Shown: piece after piece, positions 55,313 to 64,000 of the stretch
Position numbering within the stretch: the stretch's first letter is position 1
How the letters are laid out: every line of letters begins with the position of its first letter
IMG/VR virus record: IMGVR_UViG_2914436621_000001
Location: 53,490-117,489 of that record
Reading direction: 5' to 3' (one strand)
DNA: 64,000 nt
Source: a virus
Lineage: Duplodnaviria > Caudoviricetes
Made by a program: the position numbers and the translations under genes
The notes under the pieces: generated by a model
Databases searched by the model: none
What the model was told of the DNA's origin: nothing
Seen by the model: the letters and a program-made list of their open reading frames with translations, nothing else

Positions 55313-55561
55313 GTGTTAGCCACTAAGATGCGAATACGGCAGATAAGGGAGATCGAGGTGGAGGGCTTGGGCGAGCGGATCAAGCAAGCTCGCTTAAATT
55401 GCAGCAAATCTCTTGAGGAAATCTGTGACGAGGTTGGGGTCTCCCGAACCTACTGGTACGACATTGAGAAGGAGACTTTGAAAGGGGCTTTATCAATTGA
55501 GAATTTAAGAAAAATTGAACAAGCTCTTGGGGTGACTCTGGGGGTGCAATTTAATGATTGA
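55313..55561 (+). CDS. XRE-family HTH regulator
   Basis: LGERIKQAR...SLEEICDEVGVSRTYWYDIE...LRKIEQALG. Confidence 0.9.
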   Translation: MLATKMRIRQIREIEVEGLGERIKQARLNCSKSLEEICDEVGVSRTYWYDIEKETLKGALSIENLRKIEQALGVTLGVQFND

Positions 55562-55618
55562 GTATGGCTCAATCAACCTTTCTTCTCTGCCATCTGTACC
55601 CCTAGAACAGCGATCGCA

Positions 55619-55816
55619 ATGTCTAACTTAGACCTGAGAATTGGCGATCGCGTTGGCTATGTCACGCCGCCGTATCTCCCCACGTTTCCCTATTGGCAGC
55701 TCCAACGATTTGCGATCGCAGTTGTGCGCGAAATCGAGGATTGGGGTGTGTATTGCGATGACCCCAATGGTTGGGGTATTTCAGTGTTCTGGGATGATGT
55801 ACTACCACCGTTTTAA
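55619..55816 (+). CDS. Small hypothetical protein
   Basis: LRIGDRV SH3-like start. Confidence 0.5.
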   Translation: MSNLDLRIGDRVGYVTPPYLPTFPYWQLQRFAIAVVREIEDWGVYCDDPNGWGISVFWDDVLPPF

Positions 55817-55825
55817 GAGGAGACT

Positions 55826-56482
55826 ATGACTGAGCCTGATTTGCGATATCCCCTTCACTATCCCGCAGGCTGGAAGCGCACCACATTTCGCCAGCCGTCA
55901 CAGTTCGATCGCAACAGAACTAGAACGTTTGCCCAGGCACGTGATGAGCTGTTGAAGGAACTGGAGTTACTGAATGCAAAAAGCGTGGTTCTGTCTACCA
56001 ACATTCCGTTGCGAGGAGACGGATTGCCTTACGCACGATTCAAGCAGCCTGAAGATCCAGGTGTTGCAGTCTATTTCCGGTTTGACCAAAAGCCGATGGT
56101 GCTGGCTTGCGATAGTTGGGATCGGGTCATCGATAACGTGTGGGCGATCGCCAAACACATCAACGCTCTGCGCGGACAGCAGCGGTGGGGGGTGGGGACG
56201 CTGGAGCAGGCATTTATGGGCTATGAGGCACTGCCTGAATCGACGAATGGGCAAGCGGCTGAAAAGCAGTGGTGGGAAGTGTTGGGCGTTAGCCAACACG
56301 CAAGCTGGGATGAGGTTCGAGGGGCGTATCGCAACGAAGCCCTCTCACGTCATCCTGATCGCAACGGAGGCGATCGGACTAAATGGGATGAGTTAGAGCG
56401 GGCTTATAGGCGTGCCGAAACATCGTTTAAAATACGCTCAGAAAGTAAGTTAAACGGGGAGATAAGCCATGGCTCGTGTTGA
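55826..56482 (+). CDS. Phage protein with C-terminal J (DnaJ) domain
   Basis: YPLHYPAGWKRT, DPGVAVYF, ACDSW...N; WWEVLGV...AYR...HPDRNGG. Confidence 0.88.
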   Translation: MTEPDLRYPLHYPAGWKRTTFRQPSQFDRNRTRTFAQARDELLKELELLNAKSVVLSTNIPLRGDGLPYARFKQPEDPGVAVYFRFDQKPMVLACDSWDRVIDNVWAIAKHINALRGQQRWGVGTLEQAFMGYEALPESTNGQAAEKQWWEVLGVSQHASWDEVRGAYRNEALSRHPDRNGGDRTKWDELERAYRRAETSFKIRSESKLNGEISHGSC

Positions 56483-56672
56483 ATGTGAAGTAGTCTATGG
56501 TACCCAAGAGAACGATTCTGGCACCGATTCACCTTGCGTTTGGACGACTTGCAGTCAGTGTGGCCATGAAACGATAAGTTGGGGAAACTCCGAAGCCAGT
56601 GTTCGTCGTTGTTTGGCATTAATGAACGAGGAGTGCCCTGAAGGAGCGGATAACTTCTACGTAGTTTCTTAA
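56469..56672 (+). CDS. Small Cys-rich (Zn-binding) protein
   Basis: CSQCGH...C...C. Confidence 0.65.
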   Translation: MARVECEVVYGTQENDSGTDSPCVWTTCSQCGHETISWGNSEASVRRCLALMNEECPEGADNFYVVS

Positions 56673-56751
56673 CTAGGTTTTGAGAACAACTATTGTCAGA
56701 GTGATTGCCAGCAAAAGCAAATACGACTCAGGCGTATAGGGGTTTATCGCC

Positions 56752-56919
56752 CTTGGTGGTGCAGAAAACTTTTTTGAGTCTCACAATCGAGAGCTTGGAA
56801 GATCAAAACGGTGGCTGAAACCCAGTGCCCTCGTTCGATTTTTTGGAAAATCCCAAGATTACCCTCTTATTGAGAATCCTGTTTCCATAAGGGTTTCAGG
56901 AGTTTTCTGCACCACTAAG
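56752..56919. mobile_element. MITE, 168 bp, 19-bp TIR, 10-bp target-site duplication
   Basis: TIRs CTTGGTGGTGCAGAAAACT / AGTTTTCTGCACCACTAAG (1 mismatch); TSD GTTTATCGCC at 56742-56751 and 56920-56929. Confidence 0.9.
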
Positions 56920-57130
56920 GTTTATCGCCTTTCTCTTTATCAATGATAGCGTTCAACGCTATGCACCAGGCATTCTAGGTAAAGGGGAGAATAACTAACC
57001 AGGAGGCGATACGGAGAGTTCTTTTTAGACTTCTGATCGCTACCTGATCATCTGAAGGGGTCGTCCACGAAGCATTAGCCGCACTGCAAGCAAGTTGTAA
57101 TGCGGCTATCAAGCATTGTCAGATCAAGGG

Positions 57131-57907
57131 TTAAAGAGGTAGAGCGATTTGAGCTTCCTGAACAGGTTCTTTCTGAGATAACTGAACGGTTTTTGACCCT
57201 GCTGATGGAAAACCATCCCAAGTTCTACCATCCAAGGTTCGTCCATTTCGCTTCTTCTGAACGCCGCCCCATTGTTTGAAGAAGAAGGGAACATCCGCTG
57301 CTAGACACTGCTCACGTATTTCTCTTACCCAATCCGATTTCATTGGTCTTGCACCAATGCCGGATTCACCACCTACAATGACCCAATCGATTCCAGTTAA
57401 ATTAAGCTGTAACGGACCCAATAGTGGTTCGCAGGATAAGAATCGAATCTGAGCTGGAACCTGTCTTAGCAAATCAATTCGAGTTGTCCAAGCTTGCGAC
57501 TCAACGCTTACTCCTGCCCAAACATTGGAGGGTAATTTCCCAACTTGCTTCGCAATTTCTAGCATTCGTTCAGGCCGTTTTGTAAGTAACTGAAACTGAT
57601 GCCAGTGTGCCCTCTCCATGACCGAGATGACCTTGTGAATAAAGTCGTCTGGAACTTCTGGATGAAACAAGTCGCTCATTGAGTTTACAAAGATCAGGCG
57701 TGTTTTCTTCCAGGTTAATGGCAATTCCAATCGCTCATGCCAGATTCTAATGTCAAATCCCTGCTCGTATGGATGACCCTCTATTCCGCGCCATCGCTCA
57801 GCAAATCGCTTTGCATAGCAGTTCTTACACCCTGGACTAATTTCATCACATCCAGTTGTGGGATTCCAGGTAGATTCAGTCCACTCTATTGCTGAGTTCA
57901 TTGACAT
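57131..57907 (-). CDS. DUF5131 (phage Gp37/Gp68) family protein
   Basis: [63 protein letters not shown]. Confidence 0.93.
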   Translation of the reverse strand: MSMNSAIEWTESTWNPTTGCDEISPGCKNCYAKRFAERWRGIEGHPYEQGFDIRIWHERLELPLTWKKTRLIFVNSMSDLFHPEVPDDFIHKVISVMERAHWHQFQLLTKRPERMLEIAKQVGKLPSNVWAGVSVESQAWTTRIDLLRQVPAQIRFLSCEPLLGPLQLNLTGIDWVIVGGESGIGARPMKSDWVREIREQCLAADVPFFFKQWGGVQKKRNGRTLDGRTWDGFPSAGSKTVQLSQKEPVQEAQIALPL

Positions 57908-57946
57908 AATATCTCTCCCAAATCCGGCTTCTGTTTTTAATTATTA

Positions 57947-59242
57947 TCACACGATTTTCACTTTGCTTTCTAGTGTTGGGAATCGTTTTTTACCTAAGGA
58001 TTCAGTTTGAATAATACCTTCAGTGAATAATTCAATCATTATGGTTCGATAATCGGATCGTTTCAGGTAACCCAGGTCATAGCCTTGACTACCTAAAGTA
58101 AGAATAAGGTCAGTAATCACATCATCCATCTTCTTCCATTGTTGATTTCTTTGCTTTAAAAGTTGAATGATTTTAGGTTTGATCTCACTCTTCCTTTGCT
58201 GAGTCTGTCGCTCCCATGCTTGCTGTAAAAAATTCCTATTCTTCTTACTCTTATCGACTTCGTAAAATAGAAGCTTATTTTCGTCTGCAAAGAAGTCGTT
58301 TAAGAACTCCCCGCAGGCTTTCCGCGGATGATTACTACCAACCACAATGCTATACATTGGACGCAAATCGGTGTACCGTTCTTTTATGTCAAAACTAGCA
58401 ACTCCATTAAACTGACCTTCATTAGCAATTCTTTGGGTAAAGTAATCAAGTGCCCAACGTTCAAATTGTTGCGGCTCATCTTTTAACTCCAGCCATTTTG
58501 GTTTCCAATCTTCATCAGAATTAGGCCCGAGCATCTTTGTTAAATTTTGCATATAAGTCCCAGCTATTTTTTTCATCCTTTCGTTGTCTGATTTTTGTGT
58601 CAAGTAACCTGCATGACGCGCAACAGAAGAGTTATGAAATAGCAAAAAAAGTTCTCCCTTAAATCTGCTAACATATCGACCAATCATGCCAATTTGTTCG
58701 AAGTTTATACCTTTGACTCCAAAAGAATCTAGGAAGAAGATTGTAGGGTACTCATTCAAATCTTCTATTATTTGAGGAAAAGTTTTATCAAACCGTTGTG
58801 GCTTGTAAATTTTGCACTCTACTCCATTTCCAATTCCTAAGCAATTTGCCTGAAGTTCCTTGTTTGTTTTCTTATGTGCTTCTGCAAAAAAACATCGTAG
58901 ATTAACTCGCTTTTCAGCCCGAAACACTTGGGCACATTTGAGGGCAATCAAAGGAGAACCGTCGGTATCTAGAAGATCAATGTTATATCGCTTCCAAAAA
59001 TTAGATTTTTCGACAAAGTCCTCAATGCCAAAACCATCATCGTACTTTCCCGCACCCGCAAATCCATCCACATAATTAATGTGTCTAGATTGAAAGGGTT
59101 TATCTCCACCCAAGTTGTAACAATGCGATTGAATATAACGCAGCATAATTCGGTGTTTTGCAGCAGACCAAGAACGCTTGCATGTGAAAAACTCTTGTGG
59201 TCCGTCAGAATTTTGGTTGAGCAGTGGAAGTTGATGGAACAT
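57947..59242 (-). CDS. tcmP: Three-Cys-motif partner protein (TcmP-like, SAM-binding fold)
   Basis: WSAAKH, YVDGFAGAG, DGSPLIAL, FFLDSFG motifs; adjacent to DUF5131. Confidence 0.85.
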   Translation of the reverse strand: MFHQLPLLNQNSDGPQEFFTCKRSWSAAKHRIMLRYIQSHCYNLGGDKPFQSRHINYVDGFAGAGKYDDGFGIEDFVEKSNFWKRYNIDLLDTDGSPLIALKCAQVFRAEKRVNLRCFFAEAHKKTNKELQANCLGIGNGVECKIYKPQRFDKTFPQIIEDLNEYPTIFFLDSFGVKGINFEQIGMIGRYVSRFKGELFLLFHNSSVARHAGYLTQKSDNERMKKIAGTYMQNLTKMLGPNSDEDWKPKWLELKDEPQQFERWALDYFTQRIANEGQFNGVASFDIKERYTDLRPMYSIVVGSNHPRKACGEFLNDFFADENKLLFYEVDKSKKNRNFLQQAWERQTQQRKSEIKPKIIQLLKQRNQQWKKMDDVITDLILTLGSQGYDLGYLKRSDYRTIMIELFTEGIIQTESLGKKRFPTLESKVKIV

Positions 59243-59404
59243 CTTTAAGGTTGGTTGTTGAGTTGTGAGAAATGATAGCGAACTCTAACAAATTGGATTC
59301 ATCGTCATCGGCATACAATCCCTAGCCCAAACGATTGTCCAAACGTCAACCCAACGTAGCACAACCAATCCGATCGCCTCCTCATCCCCTAGAACAAACT
59401 GCCG

Positions 59405-60466
59405 ATGCCAGGGCACCCTAAGTCCGTAGCCTTGGACAGCACAATGGAAAAGATCAAGACCTTCCTCGGATGGGGATTTGGCGTATTTTTTGGGCTGGGT
59501 ACGATCACCATGTTTATGCCACCCAGCCTTTTGAGCCTTACTTATGGCGTGATATTGCTGGTTTGGTGCCTCATCTGCCTGCCACCCGTCAACCGCTTTT
59601 TGAGGCGTTTGGGCAGACTGCCTAGCATGCGAACTAAAATCGCTGTATTTGTCGTTGGACTGTCGCTCATTGGTAAGTTGCCGCCATTGCCAGTCGAGAC
59701 AGCGGCTCAAGAACCAACTCAACACATCGCACCCAGCCCGATCGCATCCCCTAGAACAACTCCTATCGTTGCACCATCGATCGCCCCTTCCCCAACGCCG
59801 ATCGCATCTGTAGCTCTTGCCTCAACGGCGATCGATCGCACCCCTGCTGAAGTGGTTTCAGTAGGAGATGGCGATACGTTTCAGGCGATTTACACCAGCG
59901 ATCGCAGTTCCGTAACGGTTCGTATGGCGTGCATTGATTCACCCGAATCTGCTGCCCCCCAAGGGTAAGAATCAACCGACCGATTACGGCAGCTCCTGCC
60001 TAGAGGAACAGAGGTAGAGCTGCGCGTTGTAGACACCGATCGCTACGGTCGTGAAGTTGCTGAAGTGTACCGCGATGGTCAATCGGTCAACCTGCAATTG
60101 GTGCAGGAAGGACATGCGGTGGTTTATCGCCAATATTTGAGCGGCTGCGATGCTACACGCGATCGCTACCTGGAAGCTGAAGATCAAGCTAAACAGCAGC
60201 GGCTTGCTTTCTGGAGCCAGGATAATCCCATCATGCCGTGGGATTGGCGACGAGGTGACCGGTCATCTGCTAGCCCTGAACCGATGGCTGTTCCTGCTCC
60301 TTTGCAATCGACTGCCAACTCGATTGCTCAACCTGCTGGTGGCGACTATAACTGCTCTGACTTCAGCACCCGTGCAGAAGCACAGCGAATTTTAGATGCT
60401 GACCCGAGTGATCCTTATAAGCTCGATCGTGACCATGACGGAGAAGCATGTGAGTCACTACCGTGA
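59405..60466 (+). pseudogene. Membrane-anchored thermonuclease (SNase) with Excalibur domain, split by one in-frame TAA
   Basis: TMs, DGDT, RMACIDSPE, TAA at 59966-59968, then same frame DRYGR, NLQLVQEGHA, DYNCSDF...LDRDHDGEACE. Confidence 0.85.
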
Positions 60467-60650
60467 TGAACTGCCACCCTCAGCTTCAACCATCCGCAAT
60501 TAACCTTTCACGCTTCAGCAAGAAAAACCCTTAGGTGCTGCTTTAAAATTAAGGTGCAGCGAGGGGATCGACCCCCTTCCACTAGTTTTAAAGCAAAGCT
60601 ACAGTGCCAAAAAAGCTTGCGGGTACCCCAAGCCACCTAGAGAGGTTGGC

Positions 60651-61325
60651 ATGGAAATAAAGGAGTTATTGATTGAGCGGCTCAAGCAAATTCTTGCGCG
60701 ATCGCCTGAAGTTTTTCAGCACATTAATGAGGTCAATATCAGTTCTGATTTAAGAGAATTGATATTAGAAATTAAGCCCTCTACAGCAGCAACTAATGCT
60801 GTTGCCAAACACGTCGAAGACATCACTCAGCAGTGCATCTCACTGGCACCGTTTGAGCAAATTGTCTTGAAATTTTACGCGCCTGTAAGGACGGATGTGG
60901 CTCTCGAAGTTGCTGACATAACTGAACTTCACCCATCCACTATGGAACCAATACTAGGGCCAATTGACGACCAACATCAGCAAGAGCAAGTCCTATTTTG
61001 CTCCTGCTGCCGATCGCTAATAAACTACCTCGTAAAAGAGGCATCGGTTTTCATTATTAGCACCACTGGAATTTATCTGGAAGTGAATATCCATCAGGGA
61101 ACCATCTCAATGATTCCTGATGAATACATGCTCGGAAAGCGGCTTGACGAGGTGCTTCCCATTGCCACGGCTCAGTTAATCATGGAGGCGATCGATCGCG
61201 TCTACGATAGCGGCCAGCCAGAACAAATTGAATATCCGATCAAATCTTTTCGCTATTGCACCGAACTGATTCCCGTGCCGAACGAGAATAGGGTGCTGGC
61301 GATCGTTAAGCGCATCAAGCGTTAA
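60651..61325 (+). CDS. Protein with C-terminal PAS-like domain
   Basis: FIISTTGIYLEVN...MLGKRLDEVLP...IDRVYDSGQPEQIEY PAS-like pattern. Confidence 0.6.
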   Translation: MEIKELLIERLKQILARSPEVFQHINEVNISSDLRELILEIKPSTAATNAVAKHVEDITQQCISLAPFEQIVLKFYAPVRTDVALEVADITELHPSTMEPILGPIDDQHQQEQVLFCSCCRSLINYLVKEASVFIISTTGIYLEVNIHQGTISMIPDEYMLGKRLDEVLPIATAQLIMEAIDRVYDSGQPEQIEYPIKSFRYCTELIPVPNENRVLAIVKRIKR

Positions 61326-61332
61326 GGCTGCA

Positions 61333-61707
61333 TCAAGCCTTAACGCTGCTAAATCCGTTGGTGTGGCGATCGCCTGTCCACGGGTCAATTATCTCCCGCA
61401 TCACGTCTACCATGTCGCCCACTCGATAGGAGGAACCATCTGGAAACTTTAGAAAACTAGCCATTTCCAAGGCAATCAGAACGTCGATTCGAGGGGAGCC
61501 GTCACCGCGCTCTAGCCGCCCAACGGCGCTCTCTGAAACCTTTATACCTGTCTGCTCAGTGAGCCACGTTGCTAAGGCTTGCTGAGTTTTTTCGTGCTGG
61601 AAAGCGCTCATCCACTCTGGAGCGCGATCGCTCCCTTGACGATCGCGCATTGCTGCGACGAATTGCCCAAAAATGTATTGTCCGTTGGCAGTAACGCCCC
61701 TCTTCAT
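61333..61707 (-). CDS. XRE-like repressor (CI candidate)
   Basis: TQQALA...VSESAVGRLERGDGSPRIDVL HTH; AAGGAG RBS; divergent from RHH gene. Confidence 0.75.
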   Translation of the reverse strand: MKRGVTANGQYIFGQFVAAMRDRQGSDRAPEWMSAFQHEKTQQALATWLTEQTGIKVSESAVGRLERGDGSPRIDVLIALEMASFLKFPDGSSYRVGDMVDVMREIIDPWTGDRHTNGFSSVKA

Positions 61708-61724
61708 TATCTCTCCTTTCCAAT

Positions 61725-61845
61725 GTGGTACCCATGTGGGTACCACTCCAAATTAACCCAGAGCTTACCCAATTCAATATTGATTCTACGAAGAAAGGCT
61801 AAGTCGATCTTGACGGATTCAATATTGAATCTTTTAATATTGAAT
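61725..61845. promoter_or_regulatory. Genetic switch: palindromic operators and rightward promoter
   Basis: TCAATATTGA-type palindromes at about 61772, 61816-61831 (perfect GATTCAATATTGAATC), 61833; TTGACG-N17-TTTAAT (61810-61838); GTGGTACCCA-TG-TGGGTACCAC (61725-61746). Confidence 0.75.
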
Positions 61846-61872
61846 GTAGGCAGTTGGGCAATCCTAAAAAAA

Positions 61873-62052
61873 ATGGAACTGGAAAAAATAACCATCCGAA
61901 TTCCCGTGAGTTTAAAGCGACGACTGAAGATTCTCTGCGTGGAAACGGATCAAACGATTCAGGAGATAGCCAGCGCAGCGCTTAAGGAAAAGATTGAATC
62001 GCTTGAAAAGCAGCAAGAGTCGCAAGAGTCGCGCTTAGTGCAGGCTGCATGA
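61873..62052 (+). CDS. Ribbon-helix-helix regulator (Cro/Arc-like role)
   Basis: KITIRIPVSLKRRLKILCVETDQTIQEI RHH pattern. Confidence 0.75.
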   Translation: MELEKITIRIPVSLKRRLKILCVETDQTIQEIASAALKEKIESLEKQQESQESRLVQAA

Positions 62053-62150
62053 ACCCTTCCAGGGCAAGCAATCCTTCGTAATCACAACCTTTAAAAACAG
62101 AAACAGCCGTCCCACCTCGCAAGTGACCGGCTGCTCTGTGTCCCCCTTAC

Positions 62151-63137
62151 ATGGAGACAGCTTCTATTATGTCTACTAGTTTATCAGCTACACGATCGCC
62201 TGTATCAGTTCCGGATGAATTTTGCCGGAAGCCGTATAAAAATCTGCGGCTGCATGACGAATTTAACAGTTACTTCGATCGCCGCTATCAACGCTGCCAG
62301 GTTGCAGCCACGCCTAAAGTTGAAGGCGATCGAGTCACGGTCTTGCTCCGCCCAATCAGCCGCAAGCCTGGAAAGAACCTCGTCAAGGCCACCTTTGCAG
62401 CAGAGGCGATCGCTGAAGTCTACCGCGATCGCACCCCTCCTCCCAAAGAAGCGGATCGGCGGTATGAAGAAATCGTTTTAAGCATCCTTCAGCCTGGGAT
62501 GGGACTGCGATCGACCCGTGATATCCAGGATTTAGCGCGGCGGCAGCATGGGAACCTTATTAAGTCGCGACTGCAAGCGGTTTGCAACACCCTGGTGAGG
62601 CGAGGCGTATTGATCAAGAAGAACCGTGGTTGCTGCATGTATCGCCTGCCTCTTCCTCAGGTCAAAGGATTGCCCGTGGTTGAGAACCAGGGAACGCGAT
62701 CGGAGCGTTTGGGCTGGGTTGTCGAGTTTAAGTTGGTTCGCTCCATAGGGCAAACGCACCCAGTAGTGCAGTGGGTTGATGGAGGTCACTCCTTTTCTAG
62801 TGACGTGTTGCTAGAGCCGGCTGAAGATCGGGCGGCACTCCAGCGAATCGAGGCAGCGAAGCGAGGTGAGCAGCTAATTCCTGCGTCGATCGCCCATCTT
62901 AAACCCATCATCATCCCCGTAGACCTGTTGCAGGCGCTATATCAACCCGACTCTCTCAAGAGCCGGGTCAACAACCAGGTCTTGCTAGAGGTTGCTGAAC
63001 TAATCGGCATTCCTGGAGCTGTTCGAGGCTGTCTCACAAGCCCCGAGCGCCATCAGGTGCTTGATTATCTCGACTTCTACTATCCCAAGTGGCGAGACGG
63101 GGTCGCGAATTATTCACTGTCGTTAGCGATCGCGTAG
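62151..63137 (+). CDS. Hypothetical early protein with winged-helix-like segment
   Basis: 328 aa; STRDIQDLAR...LQAVCNTLVRRGVL. Confidence 0.65.
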   Translation: METASIMSTSLSATRSPVSVPDEFCRKPYKNLRLHDEFNSYFDRRYQRCQVAATPKVEGDRVTVLLRPISRKPGKNLVKATFAAEAIAEVYRDRTPPPKEADRRYEEIVLSILQPGMGLRSTRDIQDLARRQHGNLIKSRLQAVCNTLVRRGVLIKKNRGCCMYRLPLPQVKGLPVVENQGTRSERLGWVVEFKLVRSIGQTHPVVQWVDGGHSFSSDVLLEPAEDRAALQRIEAAKRGEQLIPASIAHLKPIIIPVDLLQALYQPDSLKSRVNNQVLLEVAELIGIPGAVRGCLTSPERHQVLDYLDFYYPKWRDGVANYSLSLAIA

Positions 63138-63149
63138 GGGGATACAGAG

Positions 63150-63416
63150 ATGACTATTCAAACTGTTTTTATCCCCTCCACAGATGAGCATGAAGGCGTT
63201 TACTTTGCTCGCTACCGCGTGAAGTGGGTTTGCCCTGCCTGTGGTGGTCAGCGTGGTGAAATCTTTCCAATTCGCAGCTATGACGGTTCACGCAGCCAGG
63301 TCTGTGATGGATGGAGGAATCCTTGTGGACACATTGATAGATACTCTCAAGTCCGTCAAGAAGCTGCCACCAATGGACTCAATCTGAAAGCTGAAACTGG
63401 AGGTAGCTCATGTTGA
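63150..63416 (+). CDS. Small Zn-ribbon protein
   Basis: CPACGG...W.NPCGH. Confidence 0.7.
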   Translation: MTIQTVFIPSTDEHEGVYFARYRVKWVCPACGGQRGEIFPIRSYDGSRSQVCDGWRNPCGHIDRYSQVRQEAATNGLNLKAETGGSSC

Positions 63417-64000
63417 CTCTAGTCTTAGCACTCAACCTCTTGGCTCTAGAAGCTCCGTTTGAGCTAATTCAGCTCAAAGATGCCTATCGTCGTGAGATCA
63501 AAAAATGGCATCCCGACCTAAACCCACATCGACTTGAAAAAGCTACCGAACACTGTCAAGACCTTAATGCTGCTTATGACCTGCTAGAAGCAACCCTAGC
63601 TGCCAACAACAAGCAACAAAGTCCCCTTTGGGCAGAGTGGATGAACAAGAAACTGCCAGAGTGGGAGCGTGAATTCAAAGATTTGTGGCGTAATGCCTAT
63701 TGGAAAACGGCCTTAGGTGAAAACAAGCCCGATTCAGGGCTACATTATTCCACCTGCATCGCCAACTTTAAGCGAGCAGCGATCGAACCTCGCCCTGAAT
63801 GGTTTAAAGGATGCCTGTTTGCTGATACGCCAGAATCACGGACTCAGTACCGTGAGCATTTGCTGAAGATTGCGCCTAATCAGAAGCTGCGTGAGGAATG
63901 GGCACGCAAATATTTTGCATTAGAGTTTGGCGAAAGCTGCTGGGTGTTCTACCTACCAGCCTCTAGAGCGTTGCTGACTGGAGGGGCCAATGTGGCTTGA
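63410..64000 (+). CDS. Protein with N-terminal J (DnaJ) domain
   Basis: LKDAYRREIKKWHPDLN...LNAAYDLL. Confidence 0.85.
   Translation: MLTLVLALNLLALEAPFELIQLKDAYRREIKKWHPDLNPHRLEKATEHCQDLNAAYDLLEATLAANNKQQSPLWAEWMNKKLPEWEREFKDLWRNAYWKTALGENKPDSGLHYSTCIANFKRAAIEPRPEWFKGCLFADTPESRTQYREHLLKIAPNQKLREEWARKYFALEFGESCWVFYLPASRALLTGGANVA

Larger units (their letters stand above)
1..64000. mobile_element. Temperate contractile-tailed cyanophage (phage/plasmid-like element), excised or circular form, extends beyond window
   Basis: Complete head-tail gene set, integrase plus attP-like site flanked by phage genes on both sides, no host housekeeping operons, abundant HIP1 GCGATCGC (e.g. 473-480). Confidence 0.93.

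Noticed and set aside
59966-59968. Stop-codon reassignment in this phage
   Set aside because: A single internal TAA; other genes end normally at TAA, TAG and TGA.
4486-61341. 15-bp match CTGCATCAAGCCTTA near attP (minus strand) and at about 61328
   Set aside because: A few 15-mer matches are expected by chance in 64 kb; no supporting context.
1-64000. HIP1 (GCGATCGC) abundance as a novel repeat
   Set aside because: Well-known cyanobacterial signature; used only as host evidence.

Overview
The whole window is a temperate cyanophage with a contractile (myovirus-type) tail, apparently in its excised or extrachromosomal form. The integrase sits beside an intact attP-like site (3' half of tRNA-Ser(GCT)) with phage genes on both sides. 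Dense HIP1 (GCGATCGC) and a cyanobacterial-type HU point to a cyanobacterial host, probably filamentous (inference). The minus strand carries a full morphogenesis operon (terS/terL, portal, scaffold, capsid, neck, sheath, tube, chaperone, tape measure, baseplate, fibres, lysozyme, holin candidate). No replication module is recognisable, so it probably lies outside the window. The standout signal is four otherwise unrelated genes, one an ADP-ribosyltransferase, that share the N-terminal peptide MASKGGSWK(S/G)G(K/T)F with divergent codons. Three of them are interleaved with a ParB-like protein and a radical SAM enzyme directly upstream of the terminase, suggesting an undescribed tag-directed system for loading or modifying virion cargo. 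Other notable items: a PatS/PatX-like HRGSGRR peptide gene; a transfer-like operon with two FtsK/HerA ATPases and cell-wall hydrolases; a second recombinase with a dif-like site; at least 28 copies of the 10-mer CCCCTAGAAC; a +1/-2 tail-chaperone frameshift; a MITE; and several morons. All calls are by eye from motifs and gene order. No database searches were run.
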